The position numbers and the translations under genes were made by a program. Shown here piece after piece: positions 6,644-8,562 of a stretch of 8,562 nt of DNA; position 1 is the stretch's first letter, and every line of letters starts with the position of its first letter. Source of the stretch: Octopus sinensis (lineage: Eukaryota). The stretch is taken from the NCBI RefSeq assembly GCF_006345805.1, contig NW_021828387.1:1-8562 (forward strand), written 5' to 3'. A model generated the notes under the pieces. It saw only the letters and a list, made by a program, of their open reading frames with translations. It was not told the DNA's origin and did no database searches.

Positions 6644-6903
6644 GTATTATTTATGTATAAATATATATATATATGTGTCTGTGTGCGCGTGTGTGTGTGT
6701 GTTTGTGTATATGCTTGTGTGCCTGTGTTTGTCGCCCCAGCATTGCTTGACAACCGATGCTAGTGTGTTTACATACCCGTAACTTAACGGTTCGGCAAAA
6801 AAACCGATGGAATAAGTACTAGGCTTACAATAAGTTCTGAGGTCGATTGGCTCGACTAAAGGCGATGTTCTAGCATGGTCGCAGACAAACAACTGAAACA
6901 AGT
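6425..6903 (+). mobile_element. Near full-length tRNA-derived SINE with an internal microsatellite (octopus-type family)
   Basis: A box TGGCTGTGTGG (6435-6445), B box GGTTCAGTCCC (6474-6484), core ccttgggtaagtgtcttctactatagcctcg, internal (TA)n/(TG)n at ~6584-6720, 3' region ending ctgaaacaagt. Confidence 0.9.
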
Positions 6904-7016
6904 CAACCGAAATTGCGAGGATGATCCGGTTCCTGACTGAAGATTGAAGGCTTCGTATGTCCTGTCTGTGTTTTTGTATCGTCTTCTAAATGTTTTGCGT
7001 TCTCGTCCCAGTTTGT
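6904..7016. repeat. Unclassified interspersed repeat fragment, possibly a Penelope-like terminal repeat
   Basis: Recognised only from memory as a recurrent Octopus repeat; there is no coding or terminal diagnostic in the window. Confidence 0.3.
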
Positions 7017-7027
7017 ATGTATATATA

Positions 7028-7058
<31 letters not shown>

Positions 7059-7068
7059 ATATAATATA
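7017..7068. repeat. (TA)n microsatellite
   Basis: Direct reading. Confidence 0.95.
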
Positions 7069-7866
7069 CTAGCAGCATAGCCCGGCGTTGCCGGTATGTA
7101 AGAGCTCCTAGTAGGCAACGACTAATCCCAATCTAGTCCTTTCCCTCTAGGAACGAAGGCGCATGTGTAGTTGCAATGTCTTCTCTTCACTCCCAAATAA
7201 CTATCAAACAGCTATCGATAATTCAACACAACCAAATTCCTACCAGGAAAGAAATTACATTCGAGACTTTACCCCCAACACCGCCACTTCTGCTAAAGCT
7301 GCTGCAGCCGCAAGTTTTCGAATACTTTTTGTTTACACTTTCTTTATAACTACCACCCCAAACGTTTTACCTTAAATTTTTGACGTACCCTAAGGGTCCT
7401 CGGACGCTACTTGCAAACTCTTGGTTTATTATAAACCGCTTTTGTCGTGTGCACCAAAAAACCTTTTCCACTCGTTTGTTCAGTTTGGTCACTTTTGACT
7501 TTTTCGTTGTTGTCACTCACATTGCTGCCCGCTTTTTTGCCGTTTTTGTACATTCTTATACATTTTGGGATACTTGCCCCACGTGTTCTGAGAGTTAAAA
7601 AGGTCGAGTTGCGTCCCCTAGACAGTCTGTAGAAAATGTGTTGCATATAAAAAGCTTAGATTCTCGACCCATGTCATGTCGAATTTATCGATTTTTTTTC
7701 AGAACTGGGGGAACTTTTCAAAATTTTCGCTGCGTTAGTTTTGAATTATGACATTGGGCTATGTGTGTGTCAAGTTTCATCAGAATCGGTTGAAAGCCGT
7801 GGTGAGGGTGAGGGTACAACCTGACAGACACACAGACACACAGACAGACAAACTGCCGTTTATACA
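7069..7866 (-). mobile_element. Non-autonomous Helitron, family C (~800 bp; 5' TC eroded)
   Basis: The minus strand ends CCGGC-AAC-GCCGG (perfect hairpin, plus 7082-7094) GCTATGCTGCTAG|T. It begins TATATAAACGGCAGTTTGTCTGTCTG...CCGATTCTGATGAAACTTG, the 5' architecture of Lep1-like non-autonomous Helitrons. Confidence 0.85.
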
Positions 7867-8029
7867 TACACATGCACAAGAAAGTACATAGGTGCAAAAC
7901 AAGGTGGAAAAAATAGTATTCGAACGCCAAAACTCGGAGTCTTTTATGGGAACTGAATAATTGTCACATATATTACAGATAAATTCCTCTATTTACATAA
8001 TATCGAGGTCTCTTCTTTCTTTTGTTGTT

Positions 8030-8037
8030 ACTTAATA

Positions 8038-8088
<51 letters not shown>

Positions 8089-8108
8089 CTATATATATAT
8101 ATATACAT

Positions 8109-8139
<31 letters not shown>

Positions 8140-8140
8140 C

Positions 8141-8185
<45 letters not shown>

Positions 8186-8215
8186 ATATATAGTATATAC
8201 ATATACATATATATA
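8030..8215. repeat. Long imperfect (TA)n microsatellite
   Basis: Direct reading. Confidence 0.95.
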
Positions 8216-8334
8216 CGAGCAAAACGCCCCCCCCCCCCGTCCAATGGACGTGCTGAGTTGTCAAGCATTTAAACCAAAATTTTCTCAAAATAACTTGTTC
8301 GACCGTCCCATAGGCCTCCCTTTGAGAAACACTG
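8216..8334. mobile_element. Terminal fragment of a hAT (Charlie-like) DNA transposon or MITE
   Basis: TTGAGAAACACTG at 8322-8334 is the reverse complement of CAGTGTTTCTCAA, a Charlie/MER5-type TIR, preceded by a C-rich subterminal stretch. No partner TIR or TSD was found. Confidence 0.45.
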
Positions 8335-8562
8335 ATTTAACCTAAATTTGAGACACCAGCAAAAGAAAAGAAATAAAGATAGACTTTTTCTATTCCAAAA
8401 AAACGATTTTATTCACACAAATATGCAACCGAAGAGTTTAAAGCACCAGTAATGATAAGGCTGTTGACGGGGAGAAACAAACATGGTTTAAATAGTAAGC
8501 TTGGCGAGAAAAAACGTGCCTTTAAGCAGTATAAAAACAACCAAAATTGAAGGTTGCAGTTA

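Noticed and set aside
6936-6962. Hammerhead-like core CTGAAGA followed by mini-hairpin GAA-GGC-TTC and GTC in a possible Penelope-like repeat
   Set aside because: The required GAAA is GTAT here and helix I does not pair around the GTC. At best a dead relic; an Infernal search with RF00163 or RF02275 on other copies would settle it. The other CTGANGA hits (3347 plus; ~4998 and ~7779 minus) lack helix II and GAAA.
7163-7930. ORFs of 61-79 aa within or overlapping Helitron C
   Set aside because: Short, with no Rep or helicase motifs and no recognisable domain; consistent with chance ORFs in a non-autonomous element.

Overview
AT-rich, microsatellite-laden eukaryotic DNA made almost entirely of transposable elements. 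It is most likely an octopus (coleoid cephalopod) intron or intergenic region; this comes from my recognition of the SINE-type repeats from memory, not from a database search. No intact host gene is visible. Main contents: a 5'-truncated CR1-clade LINE reverse transcriptase on the minus strand (4607-6367) with a 3' stem-loop and (TAAC)6 tail; five non-autonomous Helitron copies from three families; a mariner transposase relic with the WVPHEL motif; a probable piggyBac left end; a hAT-like terminal repeat; several tRNA-derived SINEs; and one candidate 43-nt host exon (minus, 4390-4432). Most ORFs in the supplied track are microsatellite artefacts. I found no convincing new biological system. 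The best leads are the LINE, whose frameshifts almost all fall in short base runs (possibly sequencing errors in a young copy), the nested or composite Helitron cluster, the head-to-head SINE junction, and a hairpin shared between SINE families.
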